From Eledone cirrhosa (lineage: Eukaryota), in the NCBI GenBank assembly GCA_964016885.1, contig CAXHJY010001547.1, positions 1 through 64,000 of the forward strand: DNA of 64,000 bases. Reading direction: 5' to 3'. The translations under genes were made by a program, and so were the position numbers. Each line of letters opens with the position of its first letter. The first letter of the stretch is position 1. Under the pieces are notes generated by a model. The model made no database searches, had not been told where the DNA came from, and saw nothing but the letters and a program-made list of their open reading frames with translations. Shown here in pieces: positions 12,057 through 25,411 of the stretch.

Positions 12057-12330
12057 TGGTGTGTAGCCTATTGGTAAGGGTGTTGGACTTACGATCATAA
12101 TGCCGTGGGTTCCACTCATGGATTGGGTTGTGTTGTGTTCTTGAGCAAAACACTTCATTTTACGTTGCTCCAATATACTCAGCAGAAGATGAGTACCAGC
12201 TGCAGCTGGGGGTCTATCCCTAGGATGGACTGGTGTCCTGTCCAGGGGGAGTTTTCTACTTCCAGTCGCTTAACGTCATGAAACCGGAATAAGCACCGAC
12301 AAGACGAGCCTCCTGGCTTAAGACAAACTT
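12057..12330 (+). mobile_element. tRNA-derived SINE, family B
   Basis: tRNA-like head TAGCCTATTGGTAAG...GGGTTCCACTC, then TGTGTTCTTGAGCAAAACACTT core. Related to 37494-37635 and 26270-26375 (minus). Confidence 0.6.
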
Positions 12331-12910
12331 TAGACTTTAGTCTGCTTCTACTTGAAATGTTCAAAAGAAGTGAAGTGTGGTTATATGTAAACGGTTTCCC
12401 TGAGAAGGGTCTCATTCAGGCCCCTCTCCATCTTATTTCTTGTAAACAGCATACATCTAATTGTCTCCTCAAGCAACACCACAATTTCTCTTGATCTTTC
12501 AGAGGGCCAAGATTAAGAGTGGTAACCCTGAGATCTGTTACCTAACAGTAGGGGTTAGGTCGTATTGTTGTAGTAGCTTTCTACACCTGAAATGGAAAAT
12601 GAGTGTGCGATTTCTTGATGATGGTGGAGAGGATCTCAAATATAGCTAACTTAACCACACAACTACCATGTGCAGCACTAACACAAATACTAGTAGCCCT
12701 GTATACGCAATTAGCGAGAATTTTATATTGTGCTTTTCATAGTTTTTGGCAGAGGTTTTCTGACTAGATGCCCTTCCTATCATCAACCACCGTACAGAAT
12801 GGACGGTGAATTCTTCATGCCACATGCACTACAGAGGTTGTCTGAGCGGACTAAATAATTATTTAAAGTAACTGCTTGCTCTTCTAGATGGGTTGCCTTC
12901 ACTACGGAAT

Positions 12911-12958
<48 letters not shown>

Positions 12959-13067
12959 TATTTATTAGCACAGATTGAAAGTTTAAGCAAACAATTTCTG
13001 CTTTCACCCTAAAGCAAGTGAAAATAGAAATTGTTTGCTTAAACTTTTAATCTGTGCTAATAAATAT
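12959..13067. repeat. Fold-back hairpin, ~47-bp arms, within (TA)n
   Basis: TATTTATTAGCACAGATT...TTTCAC / GTGAAA...AATCTGTGCTAATAAATA. Confidence 0.8.
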
Positions 13068-13079
13068 ATTTGATCTATC

Positions 13080-13148
<69 letters not shown>

Positions 13149-13242
13149 GTGATCGAGTTCTCTCTGGACTTTGGTCTTTGTGTTTATTATTACTAATATA
13201 TATATACAATAAATACACACACACGCACACTCACTCACACAA

Positions 13243-13300
<58 letters not shown>

Positions 13301-13603
13301 CATGTAACCCAGTACAGTCTGTCGCATGGTCGGGTCGTCGGCGACTAAACCGGCAACCCCACCAAGTTTACTTGTTTACTTGGTGAGGAGGGTGATTTTG
13401 GACACCCTGCAGGACAAAAAACAAAACCTGACAAAAGGCCGAAGAACTCATAAGAATCAACGGCCATCCCAAAGTGTGTAAATATGTATATACACATGTA
13501 CATATGTATGTATATGTATATGTGTATATACATGGGTGCATGTGCATGTGTATGTATATGCGCGGGGATATAGAAATAGTCGAGCTGGACACCCGTTCGC
13601 GCG

Positions 13604-13852
13604 GGTATTAGAATGAAATAATATGGTAGAATATTAAATGTTAAGTGTTCATTGAACAACTACTTTCATGCTTTCGCAATCTTCAGGTTCATATTCTGTG
13701 GTGACAGTCAAGTTTACAATTTTCAACAGTTGAAAATTGCAAACTTGACTGTCACCACAGAATATGAACCTGAAGATTGCGAAAGCATGAAAGTACTTGT
13801 TCAATTAACACTTAACATTTAATATTCTACCATACTATTTCATTCTAATACC
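13604..13852. repeat. 249-bp near-perfect palindrome with two hammerheads (13654-13690 minus; 13766-13802 plus)
   Basis: Centre CAAC-A-GTTG at 13728. GAAC CTGAAGA T TGC GAAA GCA T GAAAG TA CTT GTTC. Confidence 0.8.
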
Positions 13853-14175
13853 ATTATAATTTTAAAGGATTGTAAATAAAACGAGTAAATCAGACAAAGT
13901 TGGAATTCCTTTTATTAATATATATATATATATACATACATATATAATTTGTTTTTACTTTTCATTCTTGTCAGATTATAGATTGCACCTGTAGTCCAGT
14001 ATCAGAAATTAGAAATGCGCAACCGGTAAAAACTTAAAACTAAAACTGAATACTAACCAATATTTATTACTAATTTTTACTTATTCCTAATTAAACTATT
14101 TTTCACTGGGAAAAAATTGTCAGCATTTTCTTTTCCTTTTACTAATATATCACAACTCGTGTGTTACACCTCTAT

Positions 14176-14221
<46 letters not shown>

Positions 14222-14244
14222 ATCAAGGTTGACTATACGGAGTG

Positions 14245-14346
14245 ACCCTTAAAGAATGCGACCATTACTGTTGGAAGCTCCCGGGTATTTGTTTATATAT
14301 CGTATATATATATATATATTTACACTCAGCCTTAATAATATATATG

Positions 14347-14418
<72 letters not shown>

Positions 14419-14601
14419 AACCAGTAAGACCCCGACAGCTGAGCTCAAGCCGTTTCGACGGCTAATTCAGAATTAGCCGTCGAAACGGCTTGAGCTCAGC
14501 TGTCGGGGTCTTACTGGTTCCTATTACCCACTCTACTACCTCAAGTATTGAGTACTTTGGTGCGTTATGGTCCACCTGGTTCCTTACCACTTTTCCTTCG
14601 T

Positions 14602-14633
<32 letters not shown>

Positions 14634-14865
14634 TATTATTAAGGCTGAGTGTAAATATATATATATATATATACGATATATAAACAAATATCCGGGAGCT
14701 TCCAACAGTAATGGTCGCATTCTTTAAGGGTATGGCAATATTTATTTATAAAACTGCTCTATATTATATTTTATCTGATGAAAGCACACCATAATTTAAC
14801 TTGGTGTCCTTGAAATATGTATAATGAAATAAATATGGTTTTATAAATATAGTTTCCATTTGTTT
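14245..14865 (+). mobile_element. PLE pseudo-LTR fragment with inverted arm; HHR-like motif at 14771-14824
   Basis: 14245-14340 is inverted relative to 14634-14731. 14690-14865 resembles the pLTR at 62455-62625 (CTGATGA...ACACCA/TGGTGT...GAAATATGTA). Confidence 0.65.
14414..14602 (+). mobile_element. Small TA-inserted element with fold-back (T-shaped) end
   Basis: 111-bp palindrome centred at 14469 plus a unique tail ending TTCGTT(AT)n. Other copies at 24413-24600, 53401-53536, 38491-38575 (minus) and 22919-22943. Confidence 0.8.
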
Positions 14866-14969
14866 ATATATCGTATTTTTACTCCAATAATATGTTGAGT
14901 GCTTTATATCAATTATAAAAATATTTGCTTGTTGTATCCCAACAATTTAAATAGAACTTCTCTCTCTCT

Positions 14970-15016
<47 letters not shown>

Positions 15017-15939
15017 CATACATAAATGTGTGTGTGTGTGTCTATGGCTTTGTTTATATTCGGGTCTGTCTTTATCATAACTTAGCTGCCCAACAAAAAG
15101 AGATTAATGAAATTAGTAGAAAACTTGAAAAACTATGTACCAGTGTTGACATGATCCAGTAAATGAAGGTGGTCCCCCAGCATGGCCATAGGCTAATGAT
15201 TGCAACCAATAAAATAATACAATGATAAGAAGTTGAAAATTAATAAATAAGGATTAAACATCTGGATGGGATATGGAAACCGGAAACTACGATTAAGGAG
15301 GAAGTTGTAAAGAGGAGGGGGAGGAGAGGAGGGATAGTGGAGGGGAGAGAGGAATAGTGGAGGGGGAGAGGAGGGATAGTTTTAGGGAGCTTGAAGAAGT
15401 GTGACTATAATTACTATCTATGTAGGTGGTGGTGGTGGTGGTGGTGGGAGTGAGTTGTGGTGGTGGTAGTGGTGGTGGTAGTTGGTGGTGATGGGGGTAG
15501 TGGTGGTGGTGGTGGTGGTGGTGGTGATGCGGGCAGTACTTGCGTTGTTTTTGTTGGAGGTTATTATCTGGCATATGGCCCTGGAGAAGAGGTTTTGATA
15601 GTAGTAGTAGTAGCAGTAGTAGTAGTAATAGTAGTAGTAGTAGTAATAGTAGTAGTAGTAGTAGTAGAATTAGTAGTAGTAGCAGCAGTAGTAACAGTAG
15701 TCTACTTCTTCTTCTTCTTGTTCTTCTCCTCCCTCCTCCTCCCACAACCCTGTCATCTGACATCCTGCTTTAAAGAGATTTAGTTAGTCATATCAATCCC
15801 AGTATTTCATTTTTCATCAATCTCTTTTTTGTCAAACCGATAAGTTACAAGACCCCCCCCCCCCCACACACACACATCCTTACCCTCCACACACAGCCCC
15901 CCCCCCCATATATATAAATATATATATAATCAATCGTAA

Positions 15940-16731
15940 TTACGAAGCTGAGCAACTCGATAGGTTTGATTCCGAGTGCTGCATGGCTGGAATGAAAATC
16001 ACTGCTGCAAATACTGAGACACTCGTCCTCTCAAGGAAGCCGACGCTGTGCACTCCACTTGTGAATGGAGTTCCACTGAAGCAGGTAGAAAAGTTCAAGT
16101 GTCTCAGGGTTATGTTCACAAGTGAAGGAAGGCAGAATGTTGAATTAAGTGCAAGAATTGTAGGAGCTGTATCAGAAATCAGAAGAAGGGAGGTAGGTGT
16201 AAAAGCCAAACTCGCTGTCTTCAGTTCGGTTTTCGTGTCAACCCCTACCTATGGTTATGAATCTTGGGTAATGACCGAAAGAATACGATCGCGAATACAA
16301 GCGGCTGAAACGGGGTTCCTCCGAAAGGTCTTTGGAGTAACATTACTCGATAGAGTGTGGTGTGTACCTCGGATATCAGAGAGTCACTCCAGGTAGAGTT
16401 ATTACTTCTCCAAATTGGGAGATCACAGCTCTGATACTAAGGACATGTGGTTAGAATGACTCAGGAAAGAATCCCTAGGCAGATTCTATGTGCAAAACAA
16501 ACCGGCAGGAGACCCAGTGGTAGACCCCGAGCAAGATGGATAACTGATCTCGCTGATCAGTTGGAGATGGTTGCTTCTGACAGGACCTGCTGGAAGGAGT
16601 GTTTGAGGACTCTGCCCCCACGACCCTCTCAGGAATAGGTGGGAGGGTGAGGTGGAGGAGGAGGTAGAAGAAGAAGAAGAAGAAGAAGAAGAAGAAGAAG
16701 AAGAAGAAGAAGAAGAAGAAGAAGAAGAAGA
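15940..16731 (+). mobile_element. RTE-clade LINE 3' fragment with (GAA)n tail
   Basis: LKQVEKFKCL, TYGYESWVMT...RIQAAETGFLRK, RIPRQIL...GRRPSGRPRARW; degenerate. Confidence 0.85.
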
Positions 16732-17013
16732 AATGTGTGCCCCTCTTCCCAAAATGTGATCTTTCTAGAGGCTTATTATCATTTGCAGCAATTTCCCATT
16801 CTCAGAATTGAGGTGTTAATTTTTAAAGTGTACTACTCATGTGCCTTAGTGTGCATCAAATCTCCACACACACACACACAAATATATGGTTTTATGTACA
16901 CGTATACATACACACATACATGATTTCATCTTCACATACACACACATATTCGCGCAAGATTTATAAAAACATTTACACATTTATACACATGCACATATAT
17001 GATTGTATAAATA

Positions 17014-17120
17014 CAGGGTGTCCCCGCCAAAAAAAAATGTATACACACATCAATAGCATTCTAATAAATATTGCCTGTACAGGTAATCAAAGTATGTATA
17101 CATTTTGGAGGGACACCCTG
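17014..17120. mobile_element. Tc1/mariner-type MITE
   Basis: TA-CAGGGTGTCCC...GGGACACCCTG-TA, with inner inverted AAAATGTATACA/TGTATACATTTT. Confidence 0.8.
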
Positions 17121-17992
17121 TATATTTAAACATGCACAGACATACATATAACTTTATGTATACACACACATACACACATGATTATTAAATATATCTACAC
17201 ATACATACACATGCACATATATGAGTGTATAAATATATTTAAACATGCACAGGCATATACTTTATATGTGCACTCACACACACACACCGACACACACACG
17301 CATACATTTTATCTACACATGCACACACATACACACGTATAGGATCTGTAGATATATTTATACAGAAGCATGCACAGACACTAACACAAGGTGCATAACT
17401 CTAGAGAAACTGTAGATGTTATTAGAAATTATCTGAGGATTACACAGGATTGGAAAAGGCATTTGAAAATCTCAGCCATTTGTGTGTATGTGTGTGACGG
17501 AAGTGCATGGGAGTTTGTATGTGTGCATGTGTGTGTGCGTGTGAGTTTGTGTAGTTGAGTGTGTGACAAAAGTGTATGAGTCTGTGTGTATGATATATGT
17601 GTGTGTGTCTGAGTTTGGGTATTTGATTGTTGTGTGTGTGTGTAAGTGTGCATATATGTGCATGCGTTTACATGCATGTTTGAGTGCTGATGTGTGTGTG
17701 TGAGTGTGTACGTGTGATGAGTGTAAGTATCTGTGTATTGTACGCAACAATAAGCTGCATATATACATACATGTAATATATATATATATATATAATATAT
17801 ATATATATGTAATAGTAGAACACTGGAGGGTTATATCCGTAGTAGTAGATGTCTCAGTCCATGGGACGAGTTTGGTAGCAGTAGTAACACAACAGTTTTA
17901 TATATATGTGCAAAAGGCAAACAGAAACGACAAAGCAAACGACACAGTACAATGAAGAAATATATTAGTTTTTACGCTTGATATAGTAAGAG

Positions 17993-18028
17993 TCTTAACG
18001 TTTCGCACGCTAGTCCTTCATCAGAAAA
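17993..18028 (-). ncRNA. Minimal hammerhead (degenerate stem II)
   Basis: CTGATGA A GGA CTAGCG TGC GAAACGTTA AGA on the minus strand. Confidence 0.6.
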
Positions 18029-18369
18029 TAGAATGTGAAATTAAAGAAGAAATAAAAAGATTGTGGAGAGAGAGAGAAGAGAGAGGAACCCCCCCCCCCC
18101 TAAAAAAAAAGAAAATTATTTGAGATAAAACAGGTCTGTTCAAGTCACCATCTCTTGGAAAACTGTTGATTCTAGCGTTGTTGTGTAAGACAATCAGTTG
18201 GTCTTGTTTTAAAAGGCGGTGATTGAACGCGTCTAGCTGAAAAGAAAAAAACAAATCGTTTTTTATATAGAGCGTGTTATGTGTGTATATACATGTTCAG
18301 ATCATGTGAAGACATGTGAATACATAGAACTACACACTGACACTAACACATATCCATATGTACAATTGT

Positions 18370-18513
18370 CTAGCATAGTTACGTCCCTTTACGGTATGAG
18401 TTGCAATCCCCTCGAGGTTAACTTTGTTTTTCATCCTTACGGGGTCGATAAAATAAAGTACCAGTAATACACTGGGATAATTGCTGGCCTTGTGCCAAAA
18501 GTAGAAACAATTA
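18370..18513 (+). mobile_element. SINE family A, 5'-truncated
   Basis: Core and tail match the family. Confidence 0.8.
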
Positions 18514-18784
18514 TTTGGTACAGGATATGATTTTAACCTCAATTTATGTTATGTTCCTTCCTATTGTCCAAATCCATATTGCCTAGAATTTGACTTTCAT
18601 CCATCTAGGGTGGACGGTATGGTATGGCCCCGTCACTCCTGATGGAGTAGTAGGGGCGCCGTATTGACATTAAGCCTGGTGGAACCCATCCCTCTCCAGG
18701 TCTGAGTACAGCAGATTTCTGCCAGAGAAGGATAGAAAATGAGAGAGAGAGAGGAAATAAGAAAGAGATATAGAGGAAGAATCT

Positions 18785-18934
18785 ACCCCAGTGCTAAACT
18801 GGTACTTTTTTTATTTTCTTCGAAACGATGAAAGACAAAATTGACCTCGGAGGGATTTGAACGCAGAGTAGAGACATGGAACGAATACCACAAAGTATTT
18901 TATCCAACGTTCTAACGACTCTGCCAATTCTCCG
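18785..18934 (-). mobile_element. Diverged SINE family A relative
   Basis: CTGGTACTTT...GATGAAAGACAAAATTGACCTCGG..GGATTTGAAC...CTGCCAATTC. Confidence 0.65.
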
Positions 18935-19329
18935 TCTAGGATGGATAGTTTAATACAAATGTATTAAACCATTTAGACTGTACCATAAAAGTCTGTGGCT
19001 TTAAAACAAAGCTAAAAATCACCCAGAAGTATACCTGGCATTGCCTGGGAAATAATTCACTAAGTTGGTGGCCAAATTGTTGAATGAGATTTATTGTAAT
19101 TATGTATGAAGAATTACAGTTTACATTATTTCGGCCAGAGATAACAGGACATGACAATCTCCCTACTGTTGGGAGGACTTCCACATGTATCAACGACATG
19201 ACAACCTCCAGAGGCGTCAAGGACCTGATAACCTCCCTAGTGTTGAGAGGAGCTCCAGTTGTGTCAAGGGTGAGACAACGTCCCTAGTGTTGAGAGGACC
19301 TCCAGGCCTAGAAACGCGATCGGCAAAGT

Positions 19330-19620
19330 ATAAACGAATTGAGAGAGAGACTGAGCATAAGAAGAATCAAATGCTCTGTGCAGGAGAGGAGCTTGTGTAG
19401 GTATGGACATGTGATGCGTATGAAAGATGACAGCTGAATAAAAAAGTGCAGAGCACTAGAAGTCGATGGAAGACGCGGAGTGGGGAGACCCAAGAAGACC
19501 TGGGATGAGGTGATAAAAACCGATCTTACCCAATTGCACCTCTCAAAGGCGACGACACACGACCGTGACTTCTGGCGTCACGCAGTAATACAGAAGACCC
19601 AACTTCCCCCGGATACAAGC
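19330..19620 (+). mobile_element. RTE LINE 3' fragment
   Basis: Encodes a degenerate ERRS..YGHVMRMKDD...KKCRALEVDGRRGVGRPKKTWDEVIKTDL. Confidence 0.75.
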
Positions 19621-19659
19621 CGAACCTGAAGCATATAGACGGTATTCCCCCACCCCCTC

Positions 19660-19928
19660 CCACTGCGAAGTGACGTGGATGTGCCACAGCAAAAAAGCAC
19701 CCAGCCCACACTGTAAAGTGGACGTGTAGGTCCCACGGAAAAAAAGCACCCAGCACTCACTGTAAATGAGGTTGGTGTTAGGAAGGGCATCCAGCTGTAG
19801 AAATCAAGCCAGAATCAGTTCCCATATGAGCAAGACAAGGTCAGTCGACCGGACACTGCCCACAACAGGACAACCCGTCTAACCCATGGTAGCGTGGAAG
19901 AACGGACGTAAAACGGTGATGATGATGA
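19660..19928 (+). mobile_element. SINE 3' portion with RTE-type (GAT)n tail
   Basis: AAAAAGCACCCAGCAC...GGAAGGGCATCCAGCTGTAGAAA...GGACGTAAAACGGTGATGATG. Copies at 23800-24052 and 37660-37888. Confidence 0.7.
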
Positions 19929-19944
19929 TATATATATATATGTA

Positions 19945-21104
<1,160 letters not shown>

Positions 21105-21422
21105 TATTTATACTGATCTCCCAGATACCTGTCTGTCAGTACTGACTTGGTCTATGTAGACCAGTCCATCCTTGCTAGCAGATCTTATTACAACAACGAT
21201 GATGATGAATACAGCTTAGCACCAGTATCATTAGATCTCGGTTTTTCCTAGTTGTGAGGACTGGAGCAATGCGAACATGTCACCCAGTCCAGGAATGAAA
21301 TACATGACCGCTAAGTCATGAACCTTCACAATTCATGATAATAATAATAATAATGAAATTATTGTGTACAGTGCTCAGGTACACTACAACTCATCAAAGG
21401 TGCATGTATTGTACATAGAATA

Positions 21423-21597
21423 ATTGTTTCTACTTTAGGCACAAGGCCAGCAATTACCCAGTACATTTTATCGACTCCGTAAGGATGAAAGGCAAAGTTA
21501 ACATCGGCGGGATTTGAACTCAGACTGTAAAGGGACGTAACTATGCTAGAAAGCATGGCGTCCAACCCTCTAGCGATACTGCCAATTCACCGCCCTT
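21423..21597 (-). mobile_element. SINE family A inserted in the CR1 3' UTR with TSD
   Basis: GTACATAGAATAAT at 21411-21424 and 21620-21633. The empty site is visible at ~519-535. Confidence 0.85.
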
Positions 21598-21735
21598 GTA
21601 CATAGAATTCACCGCCCTGGTACATAGAATAATATACAAATGTCAGGGAAGTGAATAGTGTATGAGTCATGATATACATGTGTGTATGTATATGGAGGTG
21701 GAATATTAGATGTGGTGTTGGCGAATCTCAGGAAG

Positions 21736-22162
21736 CATGGAGGTTTTAAAGAATGCAGTGTCTCGTCAGCTAACAACTGATTCAGGTAGTTTGTTCCATG
21801 GAGGTTTTAAAGGATGCAGTGTCTCGACAGCTAACAACTGATGCAGGTACTTTGTTCCATGGAGGTTTTAAAGGATACAGTGTCTCGACAGCTAACAACT
21901 GATGCAGGTAGTTTGTTCCATGGAGGTTTTAAAGAATGCAGTGTCTCGTCAGCTAACAACTGATTCAGGTAGTTTGTTCCATGGAGGTTTTAAAGGATGC
22001 AGTGTCTCGTCAGCTAACAACTGATGCAGGTAGTTTGTTCCATGGAGGTTTTAAAGGATGCAGTGTCTCGACAGCTAACAACTGATGCAGGTAGTTTGTT
22101 CCATGGAGGTTTTAAAGGATGCAGTGTCTCGACAGCTAATAACAGATGCAGGTAGTTTGTTC
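21736..22162. repeat. 61-bp minisatellite, 7 copies, derived from the CR1 ORF2 end
   Basis: CATGGAGGTTTTAAAGGATGCAGTGTCTCGACAGCTAACAACTGATGCAGGTAGTTTGTTC at 61-bp spacing. Confidence 0.92.
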
Positions 22163-22942
22163 CATGCTTCAGCAACTCTGAGCGTGAAAAAATGTTTCTG
22201 AAAGTCATGGGAGTTGTGCTGTTTTCTGACTTCGTAGGCATGCCCACGTGTGTTAGACACATTGAAATCAAAAAGGTACTGAGGGTTGTTGTTGGCAAGA
22301 TGGTTAATAATTTTGTGGTTGTTTACCAAGTCAGTTGCCAGACGTCGGAGCTTTATAATACTGCTACTAATAGATGTGTATCATAATAGGTAGGCAGTGT
22401 AAGGTAAATCAAATTTCATTTATAAAAGTATTGTAAAGAATAAAAATACACTAGATTCTTTAGTAGAAATGTACCATGGTTTTAGTAAAGATACAGGAAT
22501 AGAATTTGGGGATTGGAAAAGAGAGTTTTTGTATTTTAATAGTGAAACTAGAAGGAACAGTGAAAAGTAATGGTATACAATTACTGAGAAAATCAAAAAC
22601 AGGTAGAGAAGGTTATAAATAATTAAATATAGGAGAACTAGATAAGATTTGGGAAATTAACAGAGAGGATCCTTTTTTTTTTTTTTTTAGAAAAGAATAC
22701 TCTGGAAGGTTAAAATTGAAACTAAATTGTAAAAATAAATCTTTCAATAATAAACACATGCGTGGTATCTCTTTTGAGATATAGTAACCAATCCTCCTTG
22801 TTATCTTTTCACTATAATACTCTCTGTCTAGCTCTACACCTCGACACTGAAGTGAACCTAAACATCGGGTGAATCTATTGTAACTCCAAGTTACACTCCC
22901 TGGATATATATATATATATGTTTCCTTACCGCAATTCCTTCG

Positions 22943-23034
<92 letters not shown>

Positions 23035-23591
23035 AAGAAGGTTTGTTTAGATAAGAAAACTGAAAAAGCAATGACTGTATATATGGTGATATTTGAAGAA
23101 TCTATATATACAAAAGAAGTAGATTAATTAGCTTTGAAGAATCGCCATAAACCAGAATAATGTCTCTACATAAGAAATGGTAGAGAACTTCTGTTGGAAG
23201 AGATTAGGAAATCTGGAGTAGATAAATCTGAAGAATATATGGCACCATTAACCCTTTAGCATTTAAACAGGCCATATCCAGCCAGAATTCTCTCATCTCT
23301 TTCTGTCCAAACTGGTTGTAATTGGTGGCTCACACTTATGTTAAGGTATTTTTCTCAAAATATATAATATCAAAATCTTGAAGATTCGATATCATGTGAG
23401 ATAATTATGTAAGATAAAGCCTTTACAATGACAATACAATAGTAATTATAGAGTAATGTAAATATTAAAGGGTTAAAACTTTAGAGAAATTCTCTTGAAA
23501 AAACAGAAAAGGCTTCATTAGAAATTATAATGTCTTGGTGGTTTATTTGGGAGGTGAATGTGGAGAAATGAGGGTCATGGGTAAGAACATT

Positions 23592-23793
23592 GTCGAGACA
23601 ATGCATCCTTTAAACCTCCATGGAACAAACTACCTGCATCAGTTGTTAGCTGTCGAGACACTGTATCCTTTAAAACCTCCATGGAACAAACTACCTGCAT
23701 ATGTTGTTAGCTGTCGAGACAATGCATCCTTTAAAACCTCCATGGAACAAACTACCTGCATATGTTGTTAGCTGTCGAGGCACTGCATCCTTT
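23592..23793. repeat. Same 61-bp minisatellite, ~3 copies, opposite orientation
   Basis: Reverse complement of the 21736-22162 unit. Confidence 0.88.
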
Positions 23794-24296
23794 AGTATCA
23801 CAACAAAAAGTACCCGGCCCACACAGTAAATTAGTTGATATGGTACCACGATAAAAAGCACCCAATCCACACAGTAAATGTGATTGGCGTTCGGAAGGGC
23901 ATCCAACCGTAGAAACCAAGACAGAAACAGTCCTGTATGAGCAAGACATAGTCACCTGATCTGAACTGTCTCAATTGGGACAACTTGTCTAACATATGTT
24001 AACGTGGAAAATAGACGTTAATTGATGACGATGATGATGATGATGATGATGATATATGTATATATATATTGGAAAATGTGTGAAATCCTTAGTACAGTTA
24101 GGTATATCTAAAAAAAAAAAAGGAAAAGAATGACTTCATTTGTAGTTCTAAACAATTTAACTTAATTTTATAATATTATAATTTTACAATTTAGTTTTGT
24201 AGATCTAGTGAGTTCTTTGTTAACTTCTGTGTGGAGATTATTAAAGATTCCTGGTTAACTTTCTTCGTATTTGTCGGTGCCGATTGTCAAATATGC

Positions 24297-24405
<109 letters not shown>

Positions 24406-24412
24406 ATATATG

Positions 24413-24598
24413 TAGGAAAATGTATGACCCTGACGGCAGAGCTCAAGCCGTTTCGACGGCTATTTCTGGAATAGCCGTCGAAACGGCTTGAGCTCTGCCG
24501 TCGGGGTCATACATTTTCCTATTATCCACTCTACTACCCTAAGTATTGAGTACTCTGGTGCGTTATGGTCCACCTGGTTCCTTACCACAACTCCTGCG

Positions 24599-24600
<2 letters not shown>
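24413..24600 (+). mobile_element. Small TA-inserted element with fold-back (T-shaped) end, copy 2
   Basis: Palindrome 24413-24521 centred at ~24467. The tail matches 14525-14602. Confidence 0.8.
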
Positions 24601-24650
<50 letters not shown>

Positions 24651-24651
<1 letters not shown>

Positions 24652-24735
24652 GTGACACGTGTTTCGCCACTGATCAGCTCAAGGTTCGATCTGTATCGAT
24701 CTGACCCAACTCTGTAATTCGCGGCTCGTCAGACC
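24651..24735 (-). ncRNA. Type I hammerhead with long stem II insert
   Basis: GGT CTGACGA GCCGC [~50 nt] GTGGC GAAAC ACGT GTC ACT. Confidence 0.7.
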
Positions 24736-25230
24736 TCTTGTAATGGTAATGGAAAACTGAATATACATGCCGTATGATAAAGTCAGATGTTCCTATGGTG
24801 GTCAGTGAAGTTTGTTTTGATTGGTGGATTAATTCATAGGGATGTTTTTGCTTGTAGTGTATGTGGGGTGGGTGTGGTAAGTTGGTGGTACCAGTCTGTC
24901 TAGCTCTACACCTCGACACTGAAGTGAACCTAAACATTGAGTGCTCACCCGGGTGAACCTACAGTAACTCCAAGTTACACTCCCTGGATATATATATACA
25001 TATAAAATACATATATGGAAAAATGGACGTTAAACGATGATGATAATAAATAAATGTTGGCTTTATGCCTCGCTAAAATATAACATTAAGATGAAGATTA
25101 ATTTAATTAGTATTATCATGGCTGAGGAGTTGATCTTTAGACAATATGTCTCCATCTTGTCTCATCTCTTCCTACCATTATAATATATTAGAATTGTTTC
25201 ATGACTCATAAGAAAGGGAACAATAATAAT

Positions 25231-25411
25231 AATTGATTCTACTTTTGGCACAAGGCCAGCAATTACCCAGTACATTACTGGTACTTTATTTTATCGACCC
25301 CGTAAGGATGAAAGACAAAGTTAACTTTGGTGGGATCTGAACTCAGAATGTAAAGGGCCATTTCTGTATGCTGCAATGGTGGTGTCTGACGCTCTACCAA
25401 TTCTGCCACTT
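25231..25411 (-). mobile_element. SINE family A
   Basis: Matches the family. Confidence 0.8.

Larger units (their letters stand above)
21338..22375 (-). mobile_element. CR1-clade LINE 3' fragment with (ATT)n tail
   Basis: NTRGHAYEVRK...HFFTLRVAEAWNKLPASVISC...FK is a typical CR1 ORF2 C-terminus. The 3' UTR is also present at ~478-600. Confidence 0.85.

Noticed and set aside
14440-14500. Calling the T-hairpin element a hammerhead or a parvoviral ITR
   Set aside because: A stem followed by GAAAC is present, but no copy has CUGANGA or a pairing GUH. No viral rep/NS1 or capsid coding sequence is recognisable nearby.
22380-23590. AT-rich pieces that may be decayed retroelement coding sequence
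   Set aside because: No diagnostic motif readable by eye; needs a profile search.
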